Source of the DNA: the human T2T-CHM13v2.0 reference genome, Homo sapiens
Strand: one strand, 5' to 3'
NCBI RefSeq assembly: GCF_009914755.1
Contig: NC_060929.1
DNA length: 64,000 nucleotides
Shown: positions 40,711 to 54,000 of the stretch, piece after piece
Layout of the letters: each line of letters starts with the position of its first letter
Position numbering within the stretch: position 1 is the first letter of the stretch
The notes under the pieces: generated by a model
Seen by the model: the letters and a program-made list of their open reading frames with translations, nothing else
The model's database searches: none
What the model was told of the DNA's origin: nothing
Made by a program: the position numbers and the translations under genes

Positions 40711-41432
40711 AATTTGAGTATGTAATATTAGTATGTGCAGATATTATTATGTGTAGTTTAGTGCATCTAGAGGAGAAAATTGCCTCTATAAAACAAAGTC
40801 CTGGGTCTTCCACCTGAAGAGAAAATAGGGCTCAATTGAAAGCCAGTATGCCTAATCCTAAAGAGGAAAAACTACTTGATAAGGGGTTGCTGTTTTCCAT
40901 CCGGATATAAATGCAATTACAATAAAACCATGTTTGTTTCCACTAGAGTTAGATGTTTAAACAAGTTGATACATTTTTGAAAACACAGTAAGTAAAGATG
41001 CTTTGTTTATTTTTATTTCCATATTAACTTTAGTACTGACAGAGGATGACAAAGAGATAGCCTTGGAGACCACTGAAATCATTTCATTCACAAAATGGGT
41101 ATTTTGTGAGTAAATGCTGCAGATCGTTCCTCTGTTGGGAGCGTTGCTTAGGGCTCAGCAGACGGCCACAGGAGTTTGAAAACATCTGTTTGCTTTCTCT
41201 CCTTTTCTCAGTCCAGAATCCACAAATGATAAAGGCTTTTACATAATAATGCTCTCTGCCTACTAGAACTAGGTTACAGCTGGCAAGAACAAGGAAGGGA
41301 GATAGCTTTGATAAATGTGACACAATAATGTCATGTTGTAAAAACACTTTGACTTGGTAATAGACACTACTGCATCCAGGAGACAGTAGCAAGTATAAAT
41401 TTATGAATTGACTGATGTTTGAACTTATTTAT

Positions 41433-41844
41433 TGGTGTAGATTGGATATCTGTCCCTGCACAAATCTCATCTTGAAATGTAATCCCCAATGCTGGAGGTG
41501 GAGCCTAGTGGGAGATCTTTGGGTCATGGCAGCAGGTCTCTCATGGTTTGGTGCTGTCTTTGGGAGAGTGAGTGAGTTCTTACAAGATCTGGTCATTTAA
41601 AAGTGTGTGACAGCTTCCCTCTCCTTCACTCTATCTCTTTCTTGTCCCTGCTCTTGCCGTGTGAGACACCTGATCCTGCTTCACCTTCTGCCATGATTAG
41701 AAGCTTCCTGAGGCCACCACAGAAGCAAATGCCACCAGGTTGTCTACAAAGCATGCAGAACTGTGAGACAATTAAACTTATTTTCTTTATAAATTACTCA
41801 GTCTCAGGTATTTCTTTATGACAATGCAAGACTGGCACAACATA
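41433..41844 (+). mobile_element. MSTB-like MaLR solo LTR
   Basis: TTGGATATCTGTCCCTGCACAAATCTCATCTTGAAATGTAATCCCCAATGCTGGAGGTGG...AAATTACTCAGTCTCAGGTATTTCTTTAT. Confidence 0.88.
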
Positions 41845-42479
41845 CTTTTTAAAGTAATTCACAAGTTAAAACACATTTGCCCTTAAGAAATGAATTTGGA
41901 TTTCAAAACAATAAGCATCTATTACAAACCATGCAAAAACTTAACTTTCTAATATAAGTTTTACTTATACAAATAAATTTTAAAATAGTCAGCTAAATAC
42001 AGAATTAAATAACTTTTAAATCCAGATTTTCACTGGGATATACTTTTTAAACCAAGAACTGTTGAACTGAAAATATTAAGCACTGAATTACATGCAGTGC
42101 AGTTAGATGTTAGGATTGGCAACAGTAGAAATAATATTGCTATCTTTTAAAGCTTCAAAAGTTTTAAAACAAAAAGACATATCAAAAAGTAAGTGAATAT
42201 AAGTAAGCATTATATACACTACCTGTAAGCAGGCCATCTGCTCGGTTGTAAAGGTGGTGGTTAGGGAATGCTCTGTAGCTTCAGCAGGGCAAGGGAAACC
42301 TCAAGAAAGAAAGACCCTTTGGGTGCATTCTGAGGGACAGGTAGTGATAGGGAGATAAGAATAGGCATTTTATTATGAAAGAATTGTCAAAAGAACCCTA
42401 AAAGATAGAGTTGAAATTTTGTAGAATGAGTTCGAATATAATGGATAGACTAGTCCAGTGGTTTTCAGTGATTTTAATA

Positions 42480-43190
42480 TATTTATTAAAATATTTTTGT
42501 TACATTTCATTTTGTTTTAATTTCACATTTACAGAAAAGTTGCAAAAATAGTGCAAAAAACTCCTGTATACTCTCCACTTTACTCACATTCACCAATTGC
42601 ATACATTTTTTTTTTCTCTTTTGCTTTAGCATTCTGTCTTCCTTGCTCTCTCTGCATATATGTGGCTGCTTCTTTTGTCCTTCTGACATATCTCTGGGAT
42701 TCTCAAAATGCCTCTTTAATGTCTGAGACTACAGGGTGACTCAGGTTTGCATTATCATTTTGCTGGTGTAGTCTTACTCTCAATTATATTCACTGTACCT
42801 TTTAATTGGACAATGTTTTTTAGAAAAAGACTGAGGATCAAGGGTATTCATAGCTTCTATGCCTTCTCAATAAACAGAACTCAGAAAATATGTATCTCTA
42901 TATTCATTTATTAAAATGATGCTGAGCTCATACTGCTACCTCAATTTTATCCAAAACTTCAGAATGTATTCCAGGTACATGTGTATATGTATACATACAC
43001 ACATATATAAACACATACACATATACACGCATAAACACACTCTTCCAAAACAGTGAGAAACCTAGTCTTCGTTACACTCAAAATATTTACATGTTTGCTC
43101 AAAATTAGTAAACATAAAAAAATAGTTTCAAAATTGGTAACCTAAACCACTAAGGAAAAAAAAAGCAAAGCTATAATAAAATTTGTTTAC
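42480..43190 (-). mobile_element. L1MC/L1MD-type 3' end
   Basis: ATTTACAGAAAAGTTGCAAAAATAGTGCAAAAAACTCCTGTATAC is antisense L1MC 3' terminus. Confidence 0.65.
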
Positions 43191-44027
43191 CATTTCTTTT
43201 TTGCTTCTTTGAGATAAAATTTAATTAGAGTGAAATAAACAAAGCTTACATGTAAAATTTAATGAGTTTAGACAGGAGCATACACTGTTAAGACAAAACA
43301 TTTTCAATACCTTAAAAAGTTACTATGCTGTTCTTTTCAATCAATACCCTCACCCCCACAGAGGTAAACATTGCTGTATTTTTTTTCACCATGAATTAGT
43401 TTTGCCTTTTCTAGAATATATAATAAATCAAATTATTCTGTCTACAATTTTTTAATCTAGTTCATTTTTCAATATAATGTCTGAGGTGCATCTAGTAGTT
43501 TGTTTATTTTTATTGCTAGGTAGTATCTTTGTTATATGATTTTACCATAAAATATTTACCCATTTTTATGTTAATAGACACCCAGACTACATCCAGTTTT
43601 CGATTCTTGTGTATAGTGCAGTTGTGGACATTCTTGTACAAAATTATTTGCAGACATGAGATTTTATAGATTTTGAGTATACACCTAGGGTAGAATTTCA
43701 GAGACAGATGTATACCTTTATAATAGACTCCCAAACATTTTTTCAAAGAGGGTGGAATATTTAAATTTTCACCAGTCTGTGTGAGAGATTTGGTTGCTCT
43801 GCATCCTCGCCAACATTTACTATTTACAGGTTTTTAAATTGTATTCATTCTGGTGAGTGTATATACATTTGATTTTAATATACACTTTCCTGATAATCAT
43901 GTTGAATACTTTTCTCATGTTTATCAGACACTTGTATATGATTCTTTCTAAAGTATACAAGTTTTTTGACCAATGTTGTTAGATCCTTCATCCAACAATC
44001 GTTTTACTATTGACTTGTAAAAATACA

Positions 44028-44320
44028 TTTTTTTTTTTAAGACGGAGTTTCACTCTTGTTGCCCAGGCTAGAGTGAAGTGGCTGCAATCTCGGCTCACGG
44101 CAGCCTCCACCTTCCAGTTTCAAGTGAGTCTCCTGCCTCAGCCTCCTGAGTAGCTGAGATTACAGGCACCCACCACCATACCTGGCCAATTTTTGTATTT
44201 TTAGTAGAGGCAAAGTTTCACCATGTTGACTAGGCTGGTCTCGAACTCCTGACCTCGTGATCCACCCACTTCGGCCTCCCAAAGTGCTGGGATTACAGGC
44301 GTGAGCCACCGCGCCCATCA
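44028..44320 (-). mobile_element. AluS (AluSg-like), full length
   Basis: Dimeric Alu; TSD AAAATACAT / AGAATACAT. Confidence 0.93.
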
Positions 44321-45215
44321 AGAATACATATTTTTTTATACCGGTCTTTTGTGGGTTACAGATTTTACTTGCGACATTTTACTAACTTTCCTATTTTGAT
44401 GAAGTGTTATCTCGATGAAGTTTATCATGTTTTCTCTTTACTTTTATTCTTTTCAATAAAAATCTTCTATAAAAATCTTTCCTTTCTAAGAAACTTTTGC
44501 CTACCTCATGTTGCAGAGAGAAACCACTTTTTTTTATTTTGGCCAAACTTATAGTTTTAGCTTTTACATTTAACCTTTGCATTTGAGCTCCATCTCAAAC
44601 TAAGATTTGCATATGTTGTTAGGTGACATTAAGATTTATTTTATGCCATATGTTTATCCACTTCTCTCACACTATTTGTTTAAAAAGCTTTCCTTCCCCT
44701 TTGAAATGCTTTGCCATCTACCAAAAATTGAATGATCTTATAAGTGTCTGTCTAATTCTGGGTACTTCTCCTCATCTGTCTTTGTTTTTTTTTTTTTTTT
44801 CTATTTTTATACCAATAGCCTACCATCTTTTTTACATAGTTTTATGTTTTTATGTTAAGACTTGAAGCTTCTCAACTTTTATATCTATTTGAATGTGTCT
44901 CGCTTTCATTTTTATTTTTAAAAGATGTGTTCTGATTTCCATCTTAGACTTTTTCTCCCTTTTTAAAGAGAAGTCTGTGCTTCATATCATTGTTCCTCTA
45001 CGTGTACTTTTTCTGTGGTGATTTTAAGCTCTTCCTTTACTCTGTTTTTTTCTACCTTCACTATACAGATCTCTTTTTGCTTAACTTTTTGCAGTTCACT
45101 GAGCCTCTTTGATCTTTAAGTTTCTGCTCTTCACCAAATTCTGGGAATTATTGACATTTTTTCATTTACATTACTGTCCCTTGCTTTTGGTTCTTTCCTG
45201 AATCAAAATGTTCTT

Positions 45216-45246
<31 letters not shown>
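45216..45246. repeat. (CT)n microsatellite
   Basis: Seen directly. Confidence 0.88.
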
Positions 45247-46744
45247 TGGTCTTTCAGTTTTTCATTTTTACTTCTTTCTCTGATTTTCAGGTTAGATCAT
45301 TTCTTGCATTTTCTAACTAGACTGGCATAATTTGGTGAATTGTTCTTTCGTATGTTGTAATATTTAGCTCTAGAATTTATATTTTTAATACAGTGTTCAT
45401 TTTTCTGCTGATAATTACATTTTTGTATTCATTCTGACCAGACTCTTCTTTAAGTACTTCAACATATTTGTAATAGATGCTTTGAAACATTTTGTTGTCA
45501 TAGTCATCTTCAGCAACTGGGTCATCTCAGATTCATTTAATTATTTTCTTCTTCAGGTTTAGAGGCCACTATTTTTTTTTCTGCATGTCCTGTAATATTT
45601 AATTCTATGTTAGACATTTCTATGGTCTTTACAGTCAGTATGCTGTTGGGTTATCTTTGTTTTTTAAAAAATTGGGTTTAACAAAGGCTTTACTCTTAGG
45701 CGTGATTAGGACTACTTTTAGCTGGAATTTTCTGTCACATTACTGCCCCAGGTGTTCTGTCACATCTCTTCACTCTGCTTGGAATGCCAATATCTCTGAT
45801 GTATGTTAGCATTGTGTGATCACCAGAGTCTTTGTTGAATTCACTGCTCCTCAGATATTGTTCTGAGTAAGATCCCATGTAGGCACATCCTGCTCATGCT
45901 CAACATCCTCTGCCACTGCCCTTCTGCAAATGCTTTAGCTTTCTCAGTAGCCACAATGTGCAATGTGTAGGAAATGTGCCCCAAGCTGTCCCTGTACTGT
46001 AGTGGGGAAAAAGGCCAAGCACTCAGGGATTAAAGTCCTCTGCAGCCTATTGTACAACGTCTGAAACCAGTTGTCTCATGTACTTGTTCACTTTTACAGT
46101 TATTTTTGCTTAGAGGCCTGTTCTAGTACAAGTTAGACTCTCACAAACAGAAATGGAAGTATACTTTGTAAACAGCTATACATTTATCAAAATATCTAAT
46201 TTTGTCATATTTTAAAACTTGATTTTAAAAAGTAAATTATTACTTCACTTTTTTAACTTGCCAAATACAATTTAAAAGTCAGTGGCTTTAAATCAATTAT
46301 TCATTTAAAAGACTGAAAAAATAAGCTCTATTTTAACAGTTTGAAATTTATTACTTTATCCTTAACTTTATATTTTATATTTATGTTCCATTTCTCCTGC
46401 TACTTTTTATAGCTTTTATATTTTTTATGATCACAAGACTTCTATCAACTGTTTATCCTATTTTTTGAAATAAAAATAAACATAAAATGGAAATTTAATT
46501 CTCTGAATAGTTAAAAAATATTTTATATTGAAATAAACAGTAATTTATTTCAAAAATATTTTCAATAGAAAATAATTTTTACTATTAACACACATTTATT
46601 AAACACATTGTTTGAAATTTTATTGGAAATGCATCTTAGTGAAATGTAGGGTTTTTTATTCTTATGTTTACATTTGCAATTGGCTTATCTACTCATAGCT
46701 GATTATCACATATTAATGAAATTGGATAATATTCAAAATATATT

Positions 46745-47145
46745 AGATTTTTTATGTCCCCATATACCCTCTGCCCCCACATATACATAGCTTTCCCATT
46801 ATCAAAATCTTCCATCAGCATGATACATTTGTTAAAATCGTTGAATCTATATCAACAAATTCTAATCACCCGAAATCCACAGTGTACATTAGTGCTCACC
46901 CTACCTGTTGTATATGCATCTGTCATATAGCATCGTGCAGAGTATTTTCACTGCTCTAAAAATCCTCTGTGTTTTGCCTATTTATAGGGATAAATAGTTG
47001 GAATCATACAATATGAAGTCATTACACATTGACATCTTTTACTTAATAGTAAGTAATTAAGATACATTTTCATGTCTTTCCGTGATAGTTCATTTCATAA
47101 ATTTAATTTTTACTTTGTGGGTTTTTGGGGAGTTCTTTATAATAT
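46745..47145 (-). mobile_element. L1MC/L1MD 3' fragment
   Basis: CCCCATATACCCTCTGCCCCCAC...ATCACCCGAAATCCACAGTGTACATTAG...CACTGCTCTAAAAATCCTCTGTG. Confidence 0.75.
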
Positions 47146-47809
47146 TATACATACACGTAATACATATAATATTATAAAGTATAATATTATAAAAATATCC
47201 CCCCAAAAATAATTGGAGAAAAATTGTGCAAAAAAATAGAAGTAAGTCATCTAGAATACCATCATCCAGAGATTAATTGTTTTTGGTATTTTAGTATTTT
47301 TCCTGGTAATCTGTTTCTAAATATTTTATAAGTAGTAAAATTTCACTATAAAATTTAATACAGAAGTAATTCAGTTTTTTCTTAGCATATAATAAATATT
47401 GCTTTGTTGTTTCTTTGAGTAAAAACCTAATATGATCATATATAGGTAATTAAATTTAGAGATGTATATAAGAAAATATAAATCACTCCATACCATTATT
47501 AAAACAAACTATTATTAAAATTTTAGTAATATTTTAGGCAATTTTCTTTGTCAGTACTGATAGCTTTGGTTACATTATTTCATTTAATTTTTATAAGAGC
47601 TTGAAGGGGTAGATATTATTATTCTAGTAATCTTGTTCTTGTACATAGACATAGTGGAATGAAATAAATTTGTTATCGCAGTATCTCTCAATTAATTAAA
47701 ATCGTTACTGAAGCATCTACCAAAATCACATCGTATTATATATTCAAAAAATATTTTTCATTATCAAGTGACATTCATCAAATAACTAAATTATTTTTTA
47801 AATTTTAGA

Positions 47810-48430
47810 TGCAAAAGTTGGAAGCAATTCAAATTTTAAAGGAATATATTAGCAAGTCATTGATGTTATTCATTTTCATAAATGTTACATAATTCTAAGA
47901 TGTAACAAAAGACTATATCCATTAATCTTACATTTTGGAGGAATCTTCTTAATTAGGATAAATATTAAATGTAACCAGACACAAATAACAACGTTTCATA
48001 AGAAACTTGTGCATGTTAACATCTTTGTTATTATATATAGTCCTACGTAGTTATGCCATATGAAAAATTATTTACATAAACAATGGTTTAATTCATTTCA
48101 AAAGACGGTTACAAACAGACACAAATTGTTAAGTATTCTTATGTAAGAGATAGAATCATAATTTCATATCTTGGTTTAAACTATGTTTATATTTAAAGAA
48201 TTGACAATATTGGAAAAATATTGTCTCTAGGAGAAATTAAACAGGTTTCGAAAATTTGTTCAAGTTAGAAATTCCAAGATAGCATAAAAGTAGTTTTTGT
48301 GGTAACATAGATATTCCATATTTTTTATCATGATAGTTACATAACTGTATATGGCTTCAAAATTCAGAGAATTCAACGTGTTAAAAATTTGCATTTTATT
48401 GTACATAAATTATGCTTCAATATACCTTTC
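47810..48430 (+). mobile_element. L1ME-type 3' end relic
   Basis: AAAAGTTGGAAGCAATTCAAAT...TTTGCATTTTATTGTACATAAATTATGCTTCAAT. Confidence 0.5.
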
Positions 48431-50397
48431 AAAAATACACACAATTTAACCTAATTTGTAGAAATTCATAGCCAAAAGAGAGAAACGTGTTGAATTATTA
48501 TAAATACAGAGCTTATAAGTAGGTGTTAATAATTTTGTTAAGGGTATTATTTAAATTAGAATTCAAAACCTACGAGTTTATTAAAATATAATAATTACAC
48601 AATAGGAGTAGCTACAACAAAGAACGGGTATATAAGTAATGGTGAGGAGATTTGAATCACAAATTTTAAAAGTGAAGATGAATTTAGAGCATCCAGTAAT
48701 CTTTAGGAGAAAACTAATGACAGCCCTACCCTTGATTCTGAGTAAATATTCAAGACTATATATTTTCCCTTTGACCAATATTTCTCCACCCTCCTATCCA
48801 CCCCCAGTCTCTGGTAACAAAGATTCTACTTTCTACTCTTATGAGTTTGACATTTTTAGATTTGATATGTAAGTGAACATCATGTAGCATTTGTCTTTCT
48901 GTGCCTGGCTTATTTAATTTATTAATAGCATAATGTCCTTTGGGTTCATCCATGTTGTCACAAATAACAGGATTTCCTTTTTAAAAAGGTTAAATAGTAT
49001 TCCATTGTAATACATATCATATTTTCTTTATATAGTCATACCATGATGGATACTTAGGTTAGATCCACATATTGGCTATTGTGAATAATGCTGCAATGAA
49101 CCATGATGGTTCATTTATCTCTTTAACATACTTTCTTACTTAAATTCCTTTGGGTATGTACTTAGAACTGAGATTCCAAGTTCACATGGTGGTTCTATTT
49201 TTAATTTTTTGAGGAAGCTGTATGCTATTTTGCATAATAGCTGTACTAATTTACATTCTCATCAATACTGTACAACGGTTTACTTTTGTCCACATTCTTG
49301 CATTTGTTACTTTTTTTTCTTTTTTATAAGAACCATTTCAATAGGTATGAGGTGATATGTCTTTAGAATTTTAATTTGCATTTCTCTGATTATTAGGGAT
49401 GTTGAGTATTTTTTATATACTTGGCCATTTGTATCCCTTTTTTTGAAAAATGTCTATTCAGGTATTGTTTTTTATTAGTTTGCTTTACAGTTTGGGTATT
49501 TGTTTTCTTGCTATTGAGTTGCTAACGTTTCTTACATATGTTAGATATTAACCTCTTATGAGTTGTATGATTTGCATATGTTTCCTCCCAATCTGCAGGT
49601 AATCTCTTCATTTTGTTAATTATTTCCTTTGCTATGCAGAAACTTTTTAGTTTGACACAATCTCATTTGTCTATTTTTGCTTTTGTCACCTGTGCTTTTT
49701 GGTTCATATACAATAAATTGTTGCTAAAACAAATTTAATAGAGTTTTCCCCCATGTTTTCTTCTAGTACTTTTACAATTTTAGGTCTTACATTTAAGTCT
49801 TTAATCCATGTTTGAGTAGATTTTAGCATAAGTTGTGAGCTGAAAGTCCACTTTCATTCTTTCCAGACACCATTTATTGAAGAGGCAGTCCTTTTTCCCA
49901 TTGTGTTTTCTTGGAACCTTTGTCAAAAGTCAACTGACTGTGAATAGATAGGTTTATATGTGGGCTCCTTATCCTGTTCCATTGGTGGATGCAACTCTTG
50001 CAATATCATGCTGTTTTGAGTATTATAGCTTGGTAATATATCTTGAAATCAGGGAGTGTGATGCCTCCAGCTTGTACTTTTTCCTCAAAACTGCTGTGAC
50101 TGTTCAAGGTCTTTTGTAGTTCCATATGCATTTTAGAATTTTTTTCTATTAATGTAAAAAATGATATCAGAATTTTGATAGGAATTATATTAAATCTGTA
50201 GACAACTTTGAGTAGTGTGGATATCTTACCATAATTACTTCTTCTAATCTATGAAAACATTATATCTTTTTTGTGTGTTTCTCAATTCCTTTTAATAATG
50301 CTTTATAGTTCACAGTAAACAGATCTGTCACCTACTTACATTTCTTCCTAAATGTTTTAATTTTTGATATTATAGTGAAGGTATTGTTTTCATAATT

Positions 50398-51769
50398 TCT
50401 TTTTTTGTTATTATTATACTCTAAGTTCTGGGATACAAGTGCAGACTTGCAGGTTTGTTACACAGGTATACACGTGCCATGTTGGTGTGCTGCACCCATT
50501 AACTCATCATATACATTAGGTATATCACCCAATGCTATCCCTCTCCCCTTCCCCCACCCCATGACAGGTCCCCATGTGTGATGTACCCCACCCTGTGTCC
50601 AAGTGTTCTCATTGTTCAATTCCCACCTATGACTGAGAACATGTGGTGTTTGGTTTTCTGTCCTTGTGATAGTTTGCTGAGAATGATGGTTTCCAGCTTC
50701 ATCCACGTCCCTTCAAAGGACATGAACTCATCCTTTTTTATGGCTGCATAGTATTCCATGGTGTATATGTGCCACATTTTCTTTATCCAGTCTATCATTG
50801 ATTGGCATTTGGGTTGTTTCCAAGTCTTTGCTATTGTGAACAGTGCTGCAATAAACATAGGTGTGCATGTGTCTTATAATCCTTTGGGTATATAGCGGCA
50901 TTGCTGAGTCAAATGGTATTTCTAGTTCTAGATCCTTGAGGAATCACCACACTGTCTTCCACAATGGTTGAACTAATTTACACTCCCACCAACAGTATAA
51001 AAGTGTTCCTATTTCTCCACATCCTCTCCAGCATCTTTTGTTTCCTCACTTTTTAATGCTCACCATTCTAACTGTTGTGAGATGGTATCTCATTGTGGTT
51101 TCAATTTGCATTTCTCTAATGACCAGTGATGATGAGCTTTTTTTCATATGCCTTTGGCCGCATAAATGTCTTCTTTTGAGAAGTGCCTTTTTATATCCTT
51201 TGCCCACTTTTTGATGGGGTTGTTTGTTTTTTTCTTGTAAATTTGTTTAAGTTCTTTGTAGATTCTGGATATTAGCCCTTTCTCAAGTGGATAGATTGCA
51301 AAATTTTTCTCCCATTCTGTGGGTTTCCTGTTCACTATGATGATAGTTTCTTTTGCTGTGCAGAAGCTCTTTAGTTTAATTAGATCCCATTTGTCAATTT
51401 TGGCTTTTGTTGCCATTGTTTTTGGTTCTTTATTCATGAAGTCTTTGCCCATGCCTATGTCCTGAATGGTACTGCCTATGTTTTCTTCTAGGGTTTTTAT
51501 GGTTTTAGGTCTTATGTTTAAGTCTTTAATCATCTTGAGGTAATTTTTGTGTAAGGTATAAGGAAGGTTCCAGTTTCAGTTTTCTGCTTATGGCTAGTCA
51601 GTTTTCCCAACACCATTTATTAAATAGGGAATTCTTTCCCCATTGCTTTTTTTGTCAGGTTTGTCAAAGATCAGATGGTTGTAGATGTGTGGCGTTATTT
51701 CTGAGGCCTCTGTTCTGTTCTATTGGTCTATATAGCTGTTTTGGTATCAGTAACATGCTTTTAGTTACT
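50398..51769 (-). mobile_element. L1PA (L1PA7/8-like) 3' fragment of about 1.37 kb nested in L1MA
   Basis: TTATTATACTCTAAGTTCTGGGATACA antisense 3' end; ORF2 C-terminal ORFs at 50616-50858 and 51144-51533. Confidence 0.95.
51144..51533 (-). pseudogene. L1 ORF2p C-terminal fragment (129 aa), non-functional remnant
   Basis: [32 protein letters not shown]...[20 protein letters not shown] is L1 ORF2p; truncated on both sides. Confidence 0.85.
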
Positions 51770-53221
51770 TTGTTGTTAGTATATAGAAATGCTTCTGATT
51801 TTTGTATGTTGATTTTGTGTCCTGCAACTTGACTGAGTACCTTTATACATTCTAATAGGTTTTTGGTGAAATCCTTAGGGTTTTTTCATATTTAAAATCA
51901 TAATATTGACAAACACAGACAACTTCACCTCCTTTCTTATTTAGAATGATACTTTGCATCCTTCAATCCATCCTTCAATCCTTTTAATTCTTTTTCATGT
52001 CTAGCTGCTCTGGTCAGAACTTCCAGTATTAAGTTGAATAGATGGAGTAACAATGGGAACACTTGTCTTCTTCCTGACCTTAGAGGAAAAACTTTCAAGA
52101 ATTCTATCCTCCTCAGTTTTTTGAAAGATGTTGCAAAGGATTGGTGATAGTTTTGTGTTGAATGTTTGGTGGAATTCACCATTGAAGACATAAAGTCCTG
52201 GGGTTTTATTTGATAATTGACTTTCAATTACTGATCAATTCTTAGTTACTATCACTCTGTTCAAATATTCCATGTCTTCATGACTCAGTCTTCCTATGTT
52301 ACATTATGTGTTTCTATAAATGTAAACATTACTTCAAGATTATCCAATTTTTTTGGCATATAATTTTTTATAATATTCATTTCTGGTCTTTGATATTTCT
52401 ATGGTATCAAATTTAATGTCTCCTCTTTCATTTCTGATTTTAGTTAGTTGATTCTTCTGTCTTAGTCTTAGTCTAGCTAACAGTTTATTAATTTTATCTT
52501 TAAAAAATTCAAATTATTTTTTTTATTTTTATCTGGTATATTTCATTTAGTTCTCCAGTGATCTTTTTTATTTCCTTTTTTCTGGTAATTCTGGGCTTAC
52601 CTTGTTCTTTTCCTAGTCCTTTGAGGTTTAATATTTGGTTATTTATTTGAGAACTTTTTTTTTAATGTATGTAGGCATTTATTACTCTAAACTTTCACCT
52701 GAGGATTGCCTTTGCTGCATCTCATACGTTTCAGTATGTTGTGTTTCCATTTGCACTTGTCTCAAGTAATTTTTAAAATTTCCCTTTTCATTTTTACTTT
52801 GACTCATTGGTTGTTTAGGCGCTTGTTCAATTTCAACAAGAGCATTTGAATTTTCCAAAATTCTCCCTGTTATTGATTTCTAGCTTCACACCACTGTGGT
52901 AAGAAAAGATTCTTGGTATAATTTCAATCTTTTCAAATTTTCTAAAATTTATTATTTATTTCCTTATTTATTTTTGGCCCAACATATGGTCTATTCTGGA
53001 GAATATTTTATGTGCACTTGAGAAGAAAGTATACTCTGCTGATGTTGGATGGGATGGTCTAATATATATATGTTTATTATTTCTTTTTTGTCTAAAATGT
53101 AGTTCAAGTTATTTTTCTTCATTGATTTTCTGGGATGATCTGTCCATTGTTGAAAGTGAGGTATTAAAGTCCTCTTGTATTATTGTTTTAGAGCATATCT
53201 CCTCTTTTATGTCTATTGATA

Positions 53222-53570
53222 CGGTTATATGCTAAAAAAACAGTGTTTGGTCAACAATAGACTGCATATATGATGGTGGCCCCATAAGATTTTACCATTC
53301 ATTTATTGTACCTTTTCACTTAAATATGTTTAGATATACAAATACATATAATGGTGTTATAGTTGCCTACAGTATTTAGTACAGTAACATACTGTACAGT
53401 TTGTAGCCTAGGAGCAATAGGCTATACTATATAGTCTTAGTGTGTGGTAAGCAATACCTCAGTGTGTGGTAAATTTGTGTAAGTAAACTCTGTGATGTTC
53501 CCACAACCATGAAATCACCTAATGGTACATTTTTCAGAATGTATCCCCATCATTAAGTGATAGATGAATG
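53222..53570 (+). mobile_element. Tigger3a (MER7A/Golem) MITE
   Basis: GGTCAACAATAGACTGCATATATGATGGTGGCCCCATAAGATT...GTATCCCCATCATTAAGTGATAGATGAATG; 349 bp; TA on left flank. Confidence 0.88.
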
Positions 53571-53635
53571 TGTTTACTTTGTATGTTTAGGTGCTCCAAT
53601 GTTGGGTGCATATATATTTACAATTGTTATCACCT

Positions 53636-54000
53636 TTTATTAGTCCATTTTCACACTGTTATAAAGAACTTCCTGAAACTGGGAAATTTATAAAGAAAAG
53701 AGGGTAATTGACTCACAGTTCTGCATGGCTGAGGGGCCTCAGGAAACTTACAATCATGGCAGGAGAAGAAGGGGAAGCAAGGTACTTCTTATATGGTGGC
53801 AGGAAAGAGAGAAAGCAAGGGGTGAAGTCCACATTTTTAAACCATCAGATCTCGTGAGAACTCACTGTCAAGAGAACAGCATGGGAAAAATCCACCCCCA
53901 TGATCCAATTACCTCCCTCCAGGTCCCTCCCCCAACACATGGGAATGGGAATTACAATTTGACATGAGATTGGGTGGTGACACAGAGCCAAACCAAATCA
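53636..54000 (-). mobile_element. MSTA/THE1D-like MaLR solo LTR
   Basis: TATTAGTCCATTTTCACACTG...GACACAGAGCCAAACCAAATCA; perfect 5-bp TSD CACCT. Confidence 0.93.

Larger units (their letters stand above)
43195..46160 (-). mobile_element. L1ME-type fragments (3' UTR/ORF2 end, then more 5' pieces), interrupted by an Alu
   Basis: ATTAGTTTTGCCTTTTCTAGAA, TTTTGAGTATACACCTAGGGTAGAATT, CATCCTCGCCAACATTT; ORF 43516-43746(-) resembles degraded ORF2 C-terminus. Confidence 0.65.

Noticed and set aside
41084-41392. 102-aa minus-strand ORF in unique sequence
   Set aside because: Non-ATG start, no recognisable domain, length within chance expectation
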